DNA of 64,000 nt from Rubripirellula sp. (GTDB lineage: Bacteria > Planctomycetota > Planctomycetia > Pirellulales > Pirellulaceae): positions 6,080,001 through 6,144,000 of the forward strand of contig OZ244207.1 of NCBI GenBank assembly GCA_965216875.1, in the 5' to 3' direction. Both the position numbers and the translations under genes were made by a program. Positions 50,454-61,026 of this stretch are shown piece after piece. Every line of letters begins with the position of its first letter. The first letter of the stretch is position 1. The notes under the pieces were generated by a model that saw nothing but the letters and a program-made list of their open reading frames with translations, was not told the DNA's origin and ran no database searches.

Positions 50454-51069
50454 CGTTACGAATTTGATTCACCGCAGACGGAGTGTAACCTTCCCACACT
50501 CCTGCGATGTTCCCCTCGCCATCGACGAGAACCGAAGTTGGATAGTAAAGGTTCGGTCTCTCAAGTCGATCTAACAAACTGGTGCGAGTGACTCCGCGCG
50601 GGTCGGCGTAAACCATCTGGTCCGTGATCGCGTTTTGGCTGAAATAGTCCTTTGTCTTCAGCCAAAGGCCATTGAACGTTTCCCTGTTGTTGCTTTCACA
50701 CGAAACGGAAATGAACCGAAAACGACGGTCATCACTCAGCTGAGCTGTCATTTCCGAAAGATGCGGGTATTCCATGCGACATGGACCGCACCACGTCCCC
50801 CAAAAATGAACGAGCGTGACTTGGCCATCTTGTAGAGGTGCGGCCTGGTCCCATGTCGCATCGTCGGAGAGGCGAACCAGATCAACCTCAGGTCCCGGTT
50901 TGCCAACCGCTGGACTATCTTGAATCGCGTAGGTGGGCATCGCCGATCGAATGATCAAAGCGACGGGAATGACCAACACGAGCGGCACAAGTAGCCACCA
51001 TCGAAACCCTGCACCACCAGACGTGGTTGGCAATTCGCGATCGTTCGGCTGGTTGGTCGTTTCGTCCAA
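50419..51069 (-). CDS. Membrane-anchored TlpA-like thiol:disulfide oxidoreductase
   Basis: VHFWGTWCGPCRME, YPTSVLVD. Confidence 0.88.
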   Translation of the reverse strand: MDETTNQPNDRELPTTSGGAGFRWWLLVPLVLVIPVALIIRSAMPTYAIQDSPAVGKPGPEVDLVRLSDDATWDQAAPLQDGQVTLVHFWGTWCGPCRMEYPHLSEMTAQLSDDRRFRFISVSCESNNRETFNGLWLKTKDYFSQNAITDQMVYADPRGVTRTSLLDRLERPNLYYPTSVLVDGEGNIAGVWEGYTPSAVNQIRNVTDHLMAQCDR

Positions 51070-51264
51070 AAAGCTATCTCGTCAGTGTCCGTGTGTACCG
51101 AGAGTTATGTGTCCTGCGTTGCTTGCCCCAGCGCCGAAGAGCGCTATCACTATACCGTTCGACTCAGATTGACCAAGTCGAACCTGAATGACGAATTGCG
51201 CAAGTAGCTATGATCGTGATTGCTACGAGAGGAACACCCAACCGAGGATCAAGAAAACGAGTTG

Positions 51265-52173
51265 ATGCGAAACACCGCCCCCACTGTCGGCTTCATCCTC
51301 GCCTATGTCTTAATGTCTGCGCATGGACTGACGTCCGCCAGCGCTCAATCAACCTCTGACGATCAACGCCAAACGTTAGAGCTTGACGACCAGCGTGTTA
51401 ACGAAAGCAGCGGTCTGGCCATTTCGAATCGAACCGCGAACCGACTGTGGACTCACAATGATTCCGGCGGAAAACCGCAACTCTATTGTTTCGACACCAA
51501 CGGCAAACGAAAGGGTAAGTGCGATTTGCCATCGATTCGTCCTAACGATTGGGAAGACATGGCGTCCTTTGTTGACGACGGTGTTGCCCGGCTGCTTGTT
51601 GCGGACTGTGGCGACAACAATTCTCGGCACAGCAGTATCGAGTTGCATCTTTTTGACGAGCCGAAAACCGACAAATCGACAACGATACAAACTGAGACGA
51701 TTCAAACGATTCGCGTGCGATACTCGGATGGTCCCCGCGACTGCGAAGCCGTTGCGGTCGATTCAACGCGCCGAATCATTGTGCTGATAGGGAAAAGCCG
51801 ATTTGGCATCGCAGGTGTCTACACCCTTCCATTGCCTCGACGCGACGAGCCCAAAACGATTCGGCAGACTGCTAAGCGGATCGGATCGATTCCGATCCCA
51901 ATGATCACGGCCGCTGACTTCAATGCCGCGAGCGGCGACCTTTGGGTGATCAACTACTTCATCGCCGTCGAATTCCCCTGTGAGACGCGTGACGAGCCAC
52001 TCAGCAGCCAGATTCCACGAATGGGCCGGAAGCTCGAGCTACCGCGTTTTCGTCAGATCGAAGCGATGGCGATCGACTCAAATCAGGGGATGTGGGTCAC
52101 CAGCGAAGGGGTTCCCGCACCACTGGCCAAGTTGAATGTGGCCAAGGCGGAGTCCGGCTTCGGGTCAAAATAG
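51265..52173 (+). CDS. Secreted beta-propeller-like hypothetical protein
   Basis: ESSGLA, WTHNDSG, DWEDMA, DCGDN, DCEAVA motifs. Confidence 0.7.
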   Translation: MRNTAPTVGFILAYVLMSAHGLTSASAQSTSDDQRQTLELDDQRVNESSGLAISNRTANRLWTHNDSGGKPQLYCFDTNGKRKGKCDLPSIRPNDWEDMASFVDDGVARLLVADCGDNNSRHSSIELHLFDEPKTDKSTTIQTETIQTIRVRYSDGPRDCEAVAVDSTRRIIVLIGKSRFGIAGVYTLPLPRRDEPKTIRQTAKRIGSIPIPMITAADFNAASGDLWVINYFIAVEFPCETRDEPLSSQIPRMGRKLELPRFRQIEAMAIDSNQGMWVTSEGVPAPLAKLNVAKAESGFGSK

Positions 52174-52464
52174 CCTTCCGGATCAGAAACTTTCTCACCG
52201 AGTGCCATTGCCACCCGGCGACGTGGCAAGCTATTTGACCATTACCTACTGTTCGATAGTCTCTGCAATGAAAGGTTCTGGGATCTCTGAATCGAGATTC
52301 TCTGGCCTCCGCGTCGCGTGAGACTACGATGAGGTGCTCAAATGATCACCAAGAGTATTAAATTGACGCAGCACCCCAAGGCTGCCTATGCTCTATGGTT
52401 CTCGTAACCGGACGGATCGAAACCCTTCGACATTTTGTCCCACTCAACTCTCGGAGCTTCGAGT

Positions 52465-52908
52465 ATGAAAAAGTTTGCAAGTTTCATGGCCGTCCTTTTG
52501 GTGGCCAGCGCTACCGTCGTCGCGGGCGACGTTGATCTTGATGGCGTCAAATGCGTGGTTGCTCCAAAGGCTGCCAACGCAAGCAAGTCGGCTGACTACA
52601 AAGACGGCAAAGTCTACTTCTGCTGTGGCGGATGTGCCGGCAAGTTCGCCAAAGATTCAAAGAAGTTTGCTGTGAAGGCAAACCACCAATTGGTCGCCAC
52701 AAAACAATACGAACAAAAGGGTTGCCCTTTCTCGGGTGGCAAAGTCAATGCTGACACCGCCGTCAAACTTGCTGGCACCAGCGTTGCTTTCTGCTGCAAC
52801 AACTGCAAAGGCAAAGTCGTCGCTGAGAAAGACGAAGCCAAGCAACTGAAGATGGTCTTCTCGGACAAAGCATTCGGCAAAGGCTTCGCCAAGAAGAGCG
52901 AAGGTTAA
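52465..52908 (+). CDS. Secreted tandem YHS/TRASH-like Cys-rich protein
   Basis: Signal peptide; C...YFCCGGC and CP...AFCCNNC repeats. Confidence 0.75.
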   Translation: MKKFASFMAVLLVASATVVAGDVDLDGVKCVVAPKAANASKSADYKDGKVYFCCGGCAGKFAKDSKKFAVKANHQLVATKQYEQKGCPFSGGKVNADTAVKLAGTSVAFCCNNCKGKVVAEKDEAKQLKMVFSDKAFGKGFAKKSEG

Positions 52909-52937
52909 TCTTCATTTGCCCGATTGGAAAATCAATG

Positions 52938-52969
52938 AAGCCGGTTGCTCTCGAGTGGCCGGCTTTTTT
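52938..52969 (+). terminator. Rho-independent terminator
   Basis: AAGCCGGTTGCTC...GAGTGGCCGGCTT stem followed by a T-run. Confidence 0.75.
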
Positions 52970-52993
52970 CATGCGCGGACGGAACGACGAAAG

Positions 52994-54175
52994 CTACTGC
53001 ATTTGCTTTTCGCAAACTTGCAACACCGAATCGATGACTAACTCAACTTGCTCGTCCGTCAGCTTGTCGTAAATCGGTAAATGCACCAGTTGACCAACCA
53101 CTTTCTCTGCGACGGTGCAAGTCACGTTTGATCGCTTCGAAACCTGGTCGTCCAAATGCATCGGGCGCCAATAGGTTCGCGTATCGATGCCAAGGGTCTT
53201 GAGCTCGGCGATGATCTCTTTTGCGTGGTTTACGTTGAGCCGCTCAAGATCGAAGAGGACGGGAAAGAGTTGCCACGTTGCGATTCGATTCGCATCCAAT
53301 CCTGGCAGCGTCAACACGCTGGAAGATTCCAGTCGCTCGACATAGCGTTGTGCAATCGATTGCCGCCGAAGTCTTGCTCTTTCTGCTGAGGCAACATGGG
53401 TTTGCAGCATGGATGCTTCGAGGTCGGTCATTGCATGGGTTTCACGAACATCGCGGGCGACATTCCCCCGTGCTCGGACCGCTCGGCTTGCGATTGCCCT
53501 CAGCTCAGTGGCCAACACTTCGCTGGCCGTGGCGATCATGCCGCCTTCGCCCGAGGTGAGGACCTTCGCTGGATCGAGTGCAAAGCAAGTCATGTCCGCA
53601 GTATCGTTTCCGCAATGACGCCATGGTTGCTCTGACGAAAAACGGATTGCCGCTCCAAACGCGTGCGCCCCATTTTCGATCACCCACAAGTCAAACTCGG
53701 AAGCCAAACCTGCCAGCGACAACGAATCTGCCATTCGCCCACCAACGTGCATCGGCAACATTCCGACCGCTTTGAAACGTGTGGACAACAGTTTTGAGCG
53801 TAGGTCATGCACGTCCCAGTTGAGCGTTGACGGCTCACAATCGACATAGATTGGGATTGCACCACGCTTCGTCAAAGCACCGATTGTCGCGCGGTCGGTT
53901 AACGTTGGCACAAGCACTCCTTCGCCCTCGCTCACCCCGATCGCTTCGAGTGCAAACGCCAGAGCATCAGCGCAGGTGCTTACACCGACACAGTGAACGG
54001 CTCCGATCTGGGCAGCCACGCTCGCTTCGAGATCCGTGACCAAAGGCCCGGGTTGAAGTGGATCTTGGGCGAGTGTGTCGACAGCAAGACCAATCTCGAC
54101 TTCCGAGAGGTTGGGTTGCAGAAACGGTACTTTGACCTCAGCAAGCTCAGCGGTTTTATGATCTTGGCTATTCAT
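52994..54175 (-). CDS. Divergent DegT/DnrJ/EryC1/StrS aminotransferase-family protein
   Basis: VLVPTLT, PMHVGG, IENGAHAFGA, AKVLTSGEGG, VHLPIY. Confidence 0.8.
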   Translation of the reverse strand: MNSQDHKTAELAEVKVPFLQPNLSEVEIGLAVDTLAQDPLQPGPLVTDLEASVAAQIGAVHCVGVSTCADALAFALEAIGVSEGEGVLVPTLTDRATIGALTKRGAIPIYVDCEPSTLNWDVHDLRSKLLSTRFKAVGMLPMHVGGRMADSLSLAGLASEFDLWVIENGAHAFGAAIRFSSEQPWRHCGNDTADMTCFALDPAKVLTSGEGGMIATASEVLATELRAIASRAVRARGNVARDVRETHAMTDLEASMLQTHVASAERARLRRQSIAQRYVERLESSSVLTLPGLDANRIATWQLFPVLFDLERLNVNHAKEIIAELKTLGIDTRTYWRPMHLDDQVSKRSNVTCTVAEKVVGQLVHLPIYDKLTDEQVELVIDSVLQVCEKQMQ

Positions 54176-54550
54176 GACCGGCTCGGCTTGAACTCGCACC
54201 ACAAGATGCAAGTGTCAAATCGCAAGGGGTCGCCCCAACATCTGTTTTTCTAAGTTTGCCATCGTGCGGCCTCTGGCTTCGCCCTCACCCGGCAAGCCGG
54301 ACCGCGAACAAGCAAAGACAGCTGGCAGAAATCTGTCTTCATCAATGACTTTGTGGACAAGCGGCGGCGAACGGGAGTGCCCCATCGCAGGCACCGCCTC
54401 GCCAACCTCTGGCATACTACCCCCCCGGTCGGCGATGTCAAGCTTCGCCCCGCATGCTGTGCGACTTTCATTGCCGCAAACGAAATGGGTGCTTGAGCCA
54501 AAATGCGGCGTTAAGATATTGCCTTTTCTCTGCCCACCATCAAATGGACG

Positions 54551-57500
54551 ATGGCTTCGCAATTCCAAAATAACATCCGCAGGACAATCGGGAGTCTGGT
54601 CAGTGCCGTCGCGGTCATTGCGATTGGCGGAACTGCCCGAGCGGAAGAGCCTGCGCGCGAGTTTTTAGACGGCCTTCGCGCTCGCGGATTGCACGATGTT
54701 GCAATCGATTATCTCGACCAGATGTCGACCAGCCCGCTTGCGCCCGCTGAAATTCGAGAGACCGTACTTTACGAAAAGGCCCTCACCTTCATCGCGGCCG
54801 CGCGCACCCAGCGAGACCCGCAAAAGAATGAACGTTTTCTCAACGACGCCAGACGCCTGCTTGAAAGCTTTGTCACCGAGTACCCCGATCACGAAAAGGC
54901 CAATGCTGCCCAAAGCCAACTTGGCAGCTTGATCTTTGAACGTGCCCGCGCCAAAGTCGCGAGCGCAAAGAGCAACAACTCAAAACAACAGTTGACTCAG
55001 GCGCGAAAGCTTTACGAAGAAGCCTTTGCCGTCTTTGGAAAACTCCAATTGTCGGTCGCCAGCGAGCTTGACCAGATCCCCAAGGTGCTCGACACACGCG
55101 ATCGCAAACAAGCCCAGCTTGCCACACGCCGCACGCGACTGCGCGCCGACAACCTGCAAACCGAATTGTTGGCCGCCGCGGCGCGTGAGGAAATGGCGGA
55201 TACCTTTCCAGCCGGCTCCACCGAAGAAGCCAAATACTTGACCGAAGCCGCGTCGCTGTACGACGGCATCTACAAAAACTATCGCAGTCGGCTGGCCGGG
55301 TTTTACGCGCGGATGTATCAGGGTCGCTGCAACCAGAGAATGGGCAAGCTTCGAGACGCACTCGGCTACTACGGCGAACTGCTTGACCAGCCCAATGCAT
55401 CCGATGGCATGTTCAAGCTAAAGACCGAAACCCTGCGCCTGGCGATGGAATGCTGGCTTGCGCCGAGCGAGCGAAAGTACATCGAAACGATCAAACGCGG
55501 TTCTCAGTGGCTCGATCTCGCGCCGCCCAATCAAGATCGACAACCCGATTGGCTCGCGATTCGCCTTAGCCTCGCCAAAGCACTGAAGATGCAGGCCGAT
55601 GCCGCAAAGAACGAAACGCCGCCTGACACCAAACTCTTTCGCCAATCAATCGCCGAAGCCGTTGGGCATGCCAAGTTCGTTGCCGGCGAAAGTGGCCCCT
55701 TGCAAGAACCTGCTCGTGAATTGGTCACCGCACTTGGTGGTATCGCAGACATTGATGAAAAGCTTGAGCCAACCACATTCACTCAGGCTCAATTGGTTGC
55801 CAAAGAAGCACTCGACGCGATCCAACCTACAAGCCAAACCGTCGCAACGTTGACGGCAAAAATTGCGAGTGAACAAGACCAAGCCGCGGTCGCAGCGCTC
55901 AAAGAGCAACTCGAAGCAGCACAGCAAGATCACCTTACCGCCCGTCAGGACGCACTGCGTTACTACAAACTCGCTTTGCAACTTGTCGACGAAAGTACGC
56001 CGCAAAGTGATGTGAATCTGGTTCGGTACTTTCTCTGCTACCTCTACTATCTCGGCAAAGACTACCGCGAAGCAGCCCTTGTCGGCGATTTTGTCTGCAT
56101 GCGTTTTCCCGACAGCGCGGGCGCGAGGCAGTGTGCTCAGATTTCGCTGGCGTGCTACCTGTTGCTCTTCACCACTGCCGAAGAATCAGATCGCCGCTTT
56201 GAAACACGGCGTCTTTTTCGCATCGCCAATCACATCGCTGATCGTTGGCCAGGAACTCCTGACGCAGCAAATTCTCTGTTCACGGTGATCCCTCACTTCG
56301 TCAATGCAGGAAATTGGCAGGATGCCCACTCACTCACGCGGCGCATTCCCGAATCGTCTCCACATCGGCAAGCTGCCGAATTCATCACCGGCCAATCGAT
56401 TTGGGCGTCCGCCGTTCAACAATCAACGCAAATCAAACAATGGGAACTCGATGGATCCGCCGACGGAATCGATCTTCCGAAGCAACGAGCACTCCTGCAA
56501 TCGACTCAACAGACTGCTCGGGAAACACTCGAGGCGGGCTATCGACGGCTCCCTTCACAGCCCGCCGTCACCGCATCCAATGCAACCGCCATGCTGTCGC
56601 TTGCCCAGGTTGCTCACGCGGAACTTGATGATGAATTTGCAATCGAAGTCCTCGAACACGACGTGATCGGCCCACTTGTTTTGGTCGAAAACGGATCGAG
56701 CGAGGTACAGAGCCCCGTCTTCATCGAAGCAACGTACCGCACCGCGCTCGAGGCCTACGTTGCGCTCCTTTCAAGCGGTGACGACGAGATCCTTGCCAAA
56801 GCGAAGTCTGCCATGACCGGGTTGCAAGCGTCGGTTGGTTCCGACACGGCGGCTCAGCAGCGGATGCTCGCCGTGTACGTGAACTTGGCGCGCAGCGTCG
56901 AAGAACAAATGAAATCGGCGCCACCCGCGTCGCGGGCAACCATGGCCGAAGCCTTCGAATCTTTCCTCGGCCAACTTTCCGAAGGCTCGAGTGACGTTGG
57001 AACCTTGAACTGGGTCGCCGAAACGTTTGCGGCCATCGCCACAGGATTCGAAGGGAACGGAATCGAGGGCCCGACGACCTCATCCGACCCTTCCGCCAAA
57101 CGCTACTACGAAGAAGCGAACAAGGCGTTTGTCAATCTCTTGCAACTGCCCAACGTTCCCCCCAAAACGAGAACGCAGATTCGCGTTCGGCAAGCGGCCG
57201 TGTTGACCAAGTCAGGGCAATACGAAGCCGCGCTTAAGATTCTTGAAGAAGTCCTGGCGGAAAACCCAAAAGCGATCAACGTCCAGGTTGAAACGGCGCG
57301 GCTGTTACAAATATGGGGCAAACGTGATCCGGGGATCTACAATCAAGCGATCAGCGGAATCGGGGCCCCAAATTCAAACGCGTGGGGTTGGGGAAAAATT
57401 GCAACGGCCACCCAACCACACAAACTGTTCCGCGAGACGTTCTACGAAGCACGTTATGAACTTGCGAGGTGTCAACTCGAACTCGCGTTAACGAAAGCTG

Positions 57501-57679
57501 CCGCCGACAAAGAGAAACTGCTCGCCGCTGCGTATCGCACGGCGACGCAAACCAAAAAACTCTACCCAACCTTGGGCGGCGTTGGCTGGACAAACAAGTA
57601 CAACGAACTGATTAACCGAATCCTGGTTGCTCAAGGCAAGCAGCCGACCGAACCGATCAACATCGCCGCCCCAAACTAA
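54551..57679 (+). CDS. Large secreted TPR/helical-repeat protein
   Basis: Signal peptide; FLDGLRARG...AIDYL; helical repeats throughout. Confidence 0.8.
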   Translation: MASQFQNNIRRTIGSLVSAVAVIAIGGTARAEEPAREFLDGLRARGLHDVAIDYLDQMSTSPLAPAEIRETVLYEKALTFIAAARTQRDPQKNERFLNDARRLLESFVTEYPDHEKANAAQSQLGSLIFERARAKVASAKSNNSKQQLTQARKLYEEAFAVFGKLQLSVASELDQIPKVLDTRDRKQAQLATRRTRLRADNLQTELLAAAAREEMADTFPAGSTEEAKYLTEAASLYDGIYKNYRSRLAGFYARMYQGRCNQRMGKLRDALGYYGELLDQPNASDGMFKLKTETLRLAMECWLAPSERKYIETIKRGSQWLDLAPPNQDRQPDWLAIRLSLAKALKMQADAAKNETPPDTKLFRQSIAEAVGHAKFVAGESGPLQEPARELVTALGGIADIDEKLEPTTFTQAQLVAKEALDAIQPTSQTVATLTAKIASEQDQAAVAALKEQLEAAQQDHLTARQDALRYYKLALQLVDESTPQSDVNLVRYFLCYLYYLGKDYREAALVGDFVCMRFPDSAGARQCAQISLACYLLLFTTAEESDRRFETRRLFRIANHIADRWPGTPDAANSLFTVIPHFVNAGNWQDAHSLTRRIPESSPHRQAAEFITGQSIWASAVQQSTQIKQWELDGSADGIDLPKQRALLQSTQQTARETLEAGYRRLPSQPAVTASNATAMLSLAQVAHAELDDEFAIEVLEHDVIGPLVLVENGSSEVQSPVFIEATYRTALEAYVALLSSGDDEILAKAKSAMTGLQASVGSDTAAQQRMLAVYVNLARSVEEQMKSAPPASRATMAEAFESFLGQLSEGSSDVGTLNWVAETFAAIATGFEGNGIEGPTTSSDPSAKRYYEEANKAFVNLLQLPNVPPKTRTQIRVRQAAVLTKSGQYEAALKILEEVLAENPKAINVQVETARLLQIWGKRDPGIYNQAISGIGAPNSNAWGWGKIATATQPHKLFRETFYEARYELARCQLELALTKAAADKEKLLAAAYRTATQTKKLYPTLGGVGWTNKYNELINRILVAQGKQPTEPINIAAPN

Positions 57680-57691
57680 GCTTCACCATCT

Positions 57692-58717
57692 ATGTTTCGA
57701 GTTTGTCACACGTTTGCAATCGCGTTTGTGTTGACCACGATCGCAACCGCTCAATCAGACCAAGTGTTTGTCAAAGGCGGCTCGTCGATCAGCGGCCGAG
57801 TCGTAGCCTCGACCCAGGCCGAGATCAGCATCGACATGCGCGGCACACCGCGAAAAATCAAAGTCAACCAACTTCGCCGAGTCTCGTTCGCGGGCGAACC
57901 CACCGAATTGAATGCTGGCCGTGGCAAAGCGCTCGCGGGAAAATACCGTTCTGCACTTAGCGACCTTAGCCGAATCGACCCCGCTTCGATTAAGAGTGAA
58001 CTGATCAAACGCGACTTGCAGTTCTTTCTTGCCTTTTGCGAGGGCAAGATCGCGCTCTCGACGGGCGGCGACAAACAGGCAGCATCCGACAAGATGCTCG
58101 CCTTTGTTCGAAGTGTGCCTCAGAGTTTTCACTTTTACAGAGCAGCTCAACTACTGGGCGATCTGGCGGTTGCTCAAGGCGATTACGACAAAGCAGTCAG
58201 CTACTATGGCGCGATCGCAAAGAGCCCGTTCCCCGAATACCAACTCGGCGCAACTCTATCCCAGGCGCGAGCGTTTGTCGGCAAGGCTGACTTTGCAAAG
58301 GCTCAACAAGCGTTCCAGTCGGTACTTGATTCGAAATCCGACGACACCGAATCGAAAAGGCTCAAACGATTTGCAGAAGTCGGGCTGGGACGTTGCATGG
58401 CGGAAACCTCGAGTCCCGCGCAGGGCGTTTCCGTCATCGAAAAAATCATCGCCAACAACGACTCAACCGACGGCGAACTCTTTGCGCGTGCCTACAACGC
58501 TCTAGGCGACTGTCTTCGCAAAGCAGACAATCCGAAAGAAGCTTTGATGGCTTACCTGCATGTCGATGTGCTTTTCTATTCCGACGCCGACGCCCATGCC
58601 GAAGCGTTGTACCACCTGAGTCAACTCTGGGACGCTGCAAAAAAACCTGATCGCGCCGTGGCTGCGAAGAATCTGTTGCAAGAGCGTTACGCGGGAAGCG
58701 TTTGGGCGAATCGGTAG
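57692..58717 (+). CDS. Secreted TPR protein
   Basis: Signal peptide; ARAYNALGD, AYLHVDVLF, AEALYHL. Confidence 0.8.
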   Translation: MFRVCHTFAIAFVLTTIATAQSDQVFVKGGSSISGRVVASTQAEISIDMRGTPRKIKVNQLRRVSFAGEPTELNAGRGKALAGKYRSALSDLSRIDPASIKSELIKRDLQFFLAFCEGKIALSTGGDKQAASDKMLAFVRSVPQSFHFYRAAQLLGDLAVAQGDYDKAVSYYGAIAKSPFPEYQLGATLSQARAFVGKADFAKAQQAFQSVLDSKSDDTESKRLKRFAEVGLGRCMAETSSPAQGVSVIEKIIANNDSTDGELFARAYNALGDCLRKADNPKEALMAYLHVDVLFYSDADAHAEALYHLSQLWDAAKKPDRAVAAKNLLQERYAGSVWANR

Positions 58718-58743
58718 GGTACCGACCACTGACGGTGTTCTTT

Positions 58744-58820
58744 GTAGCTACCTTCGCCAGAAGGTGGGAATTGTTGGTGGGTGACTTACCATCACACCAC
58801 GCTCTGGCGAGCGTAGCTAC
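58744..58820. repeat. Inverted REP pair (REPIN-like)
   Basis: GTAGCTACCTTCGCCAGAAGGTGGG ... CCACGCTCTGGCGAGCGTAGCTAC, as at 26749-26825. Confidence 0.85.
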
Positions 58821-58890
58821 GAAGGTCAAACGCCCGGCATCGGAAGCGGCTGAAAATCCCGGCGAATGCTGGTACGACGGACGGTGCCTG

Positions 58891-60798
58891 CTACAGCTTT
58901 GGCGGCTTCATTGGGTTCTTGACCTGGACATACGGCACTCGATAGTCCGGTCCAAGATCGACACCAAAACCACGGCGCAACTCCCAACTGGCCCTTGCTG
59001 CCCATGGCGAACCGGGGTGGTTCTTTTGCACGTCGGCAAACAGCGTCCGCGCTCGCTCGATGTAGGGCTTTGCCTCTTCCGTCCGTGTCTTTTTGGTTGT
59101 GCGAATGTCCCAATGAACCAGCTTGCGATTGTTTCGCATCGCAGGTGCTGTTTTGGGATTGTTGATAAACGCATCCAAGGCAACACCATATTCGTAGGTG
59201 CGAGCTTGGTAAGCGACCAATTGAGCAAGAATCAAGTCATAGTTCGCTTGCCACCTTGGATCGACTTCTTGTTCACGCAGTTTGGCACCTGCGATGAGTC
59301 TTCGTTCCGCTTCAGCCATGTATTGCAAATGCATCTTTGCTTTGGCCTGTTCCTGGCGAGTCTGCGCGACAAACTGCTGTGGATTCAGCGAAAACTCCAT
59401 CCGCAACTCAACCGCCTTTTTGGCTTCCTTGTTATGGGGATTTAAATCCTGGATGACTTGCCAAATCAATGTCCGCATCGGGTATTGGTCACGATCGGCG
59501 AGCACTTCGATTCGTGCCCTCAGGTCGGGTCGATAAGGTCGCAACGCCTCCATGTCGTACTTCTGTTTGTTTGCGCCGACGAGGTTCGTTTCAACGCTCG
59601 GCAGCATGAAAAAGATACCGTTCGTCTCACGAGCCATTCGTGTTTGCTCATAAGGCCCAAACCCGCTGCTGAATGCATCGTGTCGTCGTCGAAACCCGTT
59701 GGTTTGCAATTGTTCGGGAAAGCCCGTCTCGGGACCTCGGTCAACCGGCAACCAATGAACTCGCTTTGTTTGCGGGTGTGGCCACCGGATATAGGCATAC
59801 GGGTAACCAAAAACCGATTCGCGTCCAAGCACATAGATTTTGCACTTGTTCGCTTTTGCAATTCGAATCGCTTCTTCTAGATAGGTGTCGTTGTTCTTTC
59901 GATCACCACTCTCGTCGGTAACCAAAATCAATGCCATTTGCCGACCACGCTTGGTCAAGTCCCGGTACGTGCCGATCGCCGTGCCAACGGCGCCACACAT
60001 CATCTCGGTGCCTGAGTCATCAACAGGTACCGAGTCGATCGCTTGGCGAATTTGGCTTCGGTCGGCGGTCGGGTTGTGCAAGGTGTGGTCGATAAATTGG
60101 TCGCCATAACTCGTCACTGCGGTCAACAACGCTTTGTTATTGGTGCGACCGAGTAGGCCCAGTTGTTCGTAGACCGTTTCGATGCGATCACGAATCTCTT
60201 TCTGGTCGTCTTTCATGCTTTCGGATTGGTCAAAGCACCAGACCGCCAGAACGGGCCCCTTGTCGAGCATCCAGACCAATTCCTGAGCCAACCGATCGAG
60301 CGCCTGTTGGTAGCTGTCGACAATATCGCGAGCTTCGCCCTTCACTTCGCCATCGGGCACAGCTGCAATCAGCGAAAGTGCATCGGGAATCCCAATTGTG
60401 GGTGCTGCAATCGGAACGAGAGCCGTGTCTGCCTTTGCGACCAAGGTGGGATCAAGCACCGGCGTGTTGGATGCTGCGGCCGCGGCAGGTGCAGGAGCGG
60501 CGTTGAAGAGTGCCACGTTCTCAACCACCACATCGATCTCTGGATCGAGCTCGACTTCGACCGGCGGATCTTCCTCTTTTTCGGGCGGCGGCACCGCAAT
60601 CATCCGCACCAAGTCGGTCGTTTTGTCTTCCAACGTGACGAGGGCCAAGAACATTAGCACGAGGGTGTGCACGAGAAGTGAAATCACACCTGGTGCCGCC
60701 CCTTTCACGGTGTCAACGACCGACGACTCAATCTCGATCTCGTTGGCTTCGACCGTCACCTTCGCCGATGTCGGTTTCTGTTTTTCGTCGCGCAGCAT
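58891..60798 (-). CDS. Membrane-anchored vWA-domain protein
   Basis: SLLVHTLVL TM; MIDAS motif DQSESM; LVTDESGD. Confidence 0.85.
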   Translation of the reverse strand: MLRDEKQKPTSAKVTVEANEIEIESSVVDTVKGAAPGVISLLVHTLVLMFLALVTLEDKTTDLVRMIAVPPPEKEEDPPVEVELDPEIDVVVENVALFNAAPAPAAAAASNTPVLDPTLVAKADTALVPIAAPTIGIPDALSLIAAVPDGEVKGEARDIVDSYQQALDRLAQELVWMLDKGPVLAVWCFDQSESMKDDQKEIRDRIETVYEQLGLLGRTNNKALLTAVTSYGDQFIDHTLHNPTADRSQIRQAIDSVPVDDSGTEMMCGAVGTAIGTYRDLTKRGRQMALILVTDESGDRKNNDTYLEEAIRIAKANKCKIYVLGRESVFGYPYAYIRWPHPQTKRVHWLPVDRGPETGFPEQLQTNGFRRRHDAFSSGFGPYEQTRMARETNGIFFMLPSVETNLVGANKQKYDMEALRPYRPDLRARIEVLADRDQYPMRTLIWQVIQDLNPHNKEAKKAVELRMEFSLNPQQFVAQTRQEQAKAKMHLQYMAEAERRLIAGAKLREQEVDPRWQANYDLILAQLVAYQARTYEYGVALDAFINNPKTAPAMRNNRKLVHWDIRTTKKTRTEEAKPYIERARTLFADVQKNHPGSPWAARASWELRRGFGVDLGPDYRVPYVQVKNPMKPPKL

Positions 60799-61026
60799 AA
60801 GGAATTCCTCGGTTGGCCTTATTGTAGACCCAGGCAGCTCGAATCTCGAAGAGAAATTCTTGCCGACGCCTACTGAACCATCCCCACAACCAATCCATAC
60901 CCAAGAAAAGGGAGAATACGCCCTTCCCCTGTATCGCTTGATCAAATCGCCGATCGAGCACTGCTAAGATGACATTTCTTCCGCTCGGCATCGTGGCCGA
61001 AACTGACCATTTATTGAGGGCAACTT

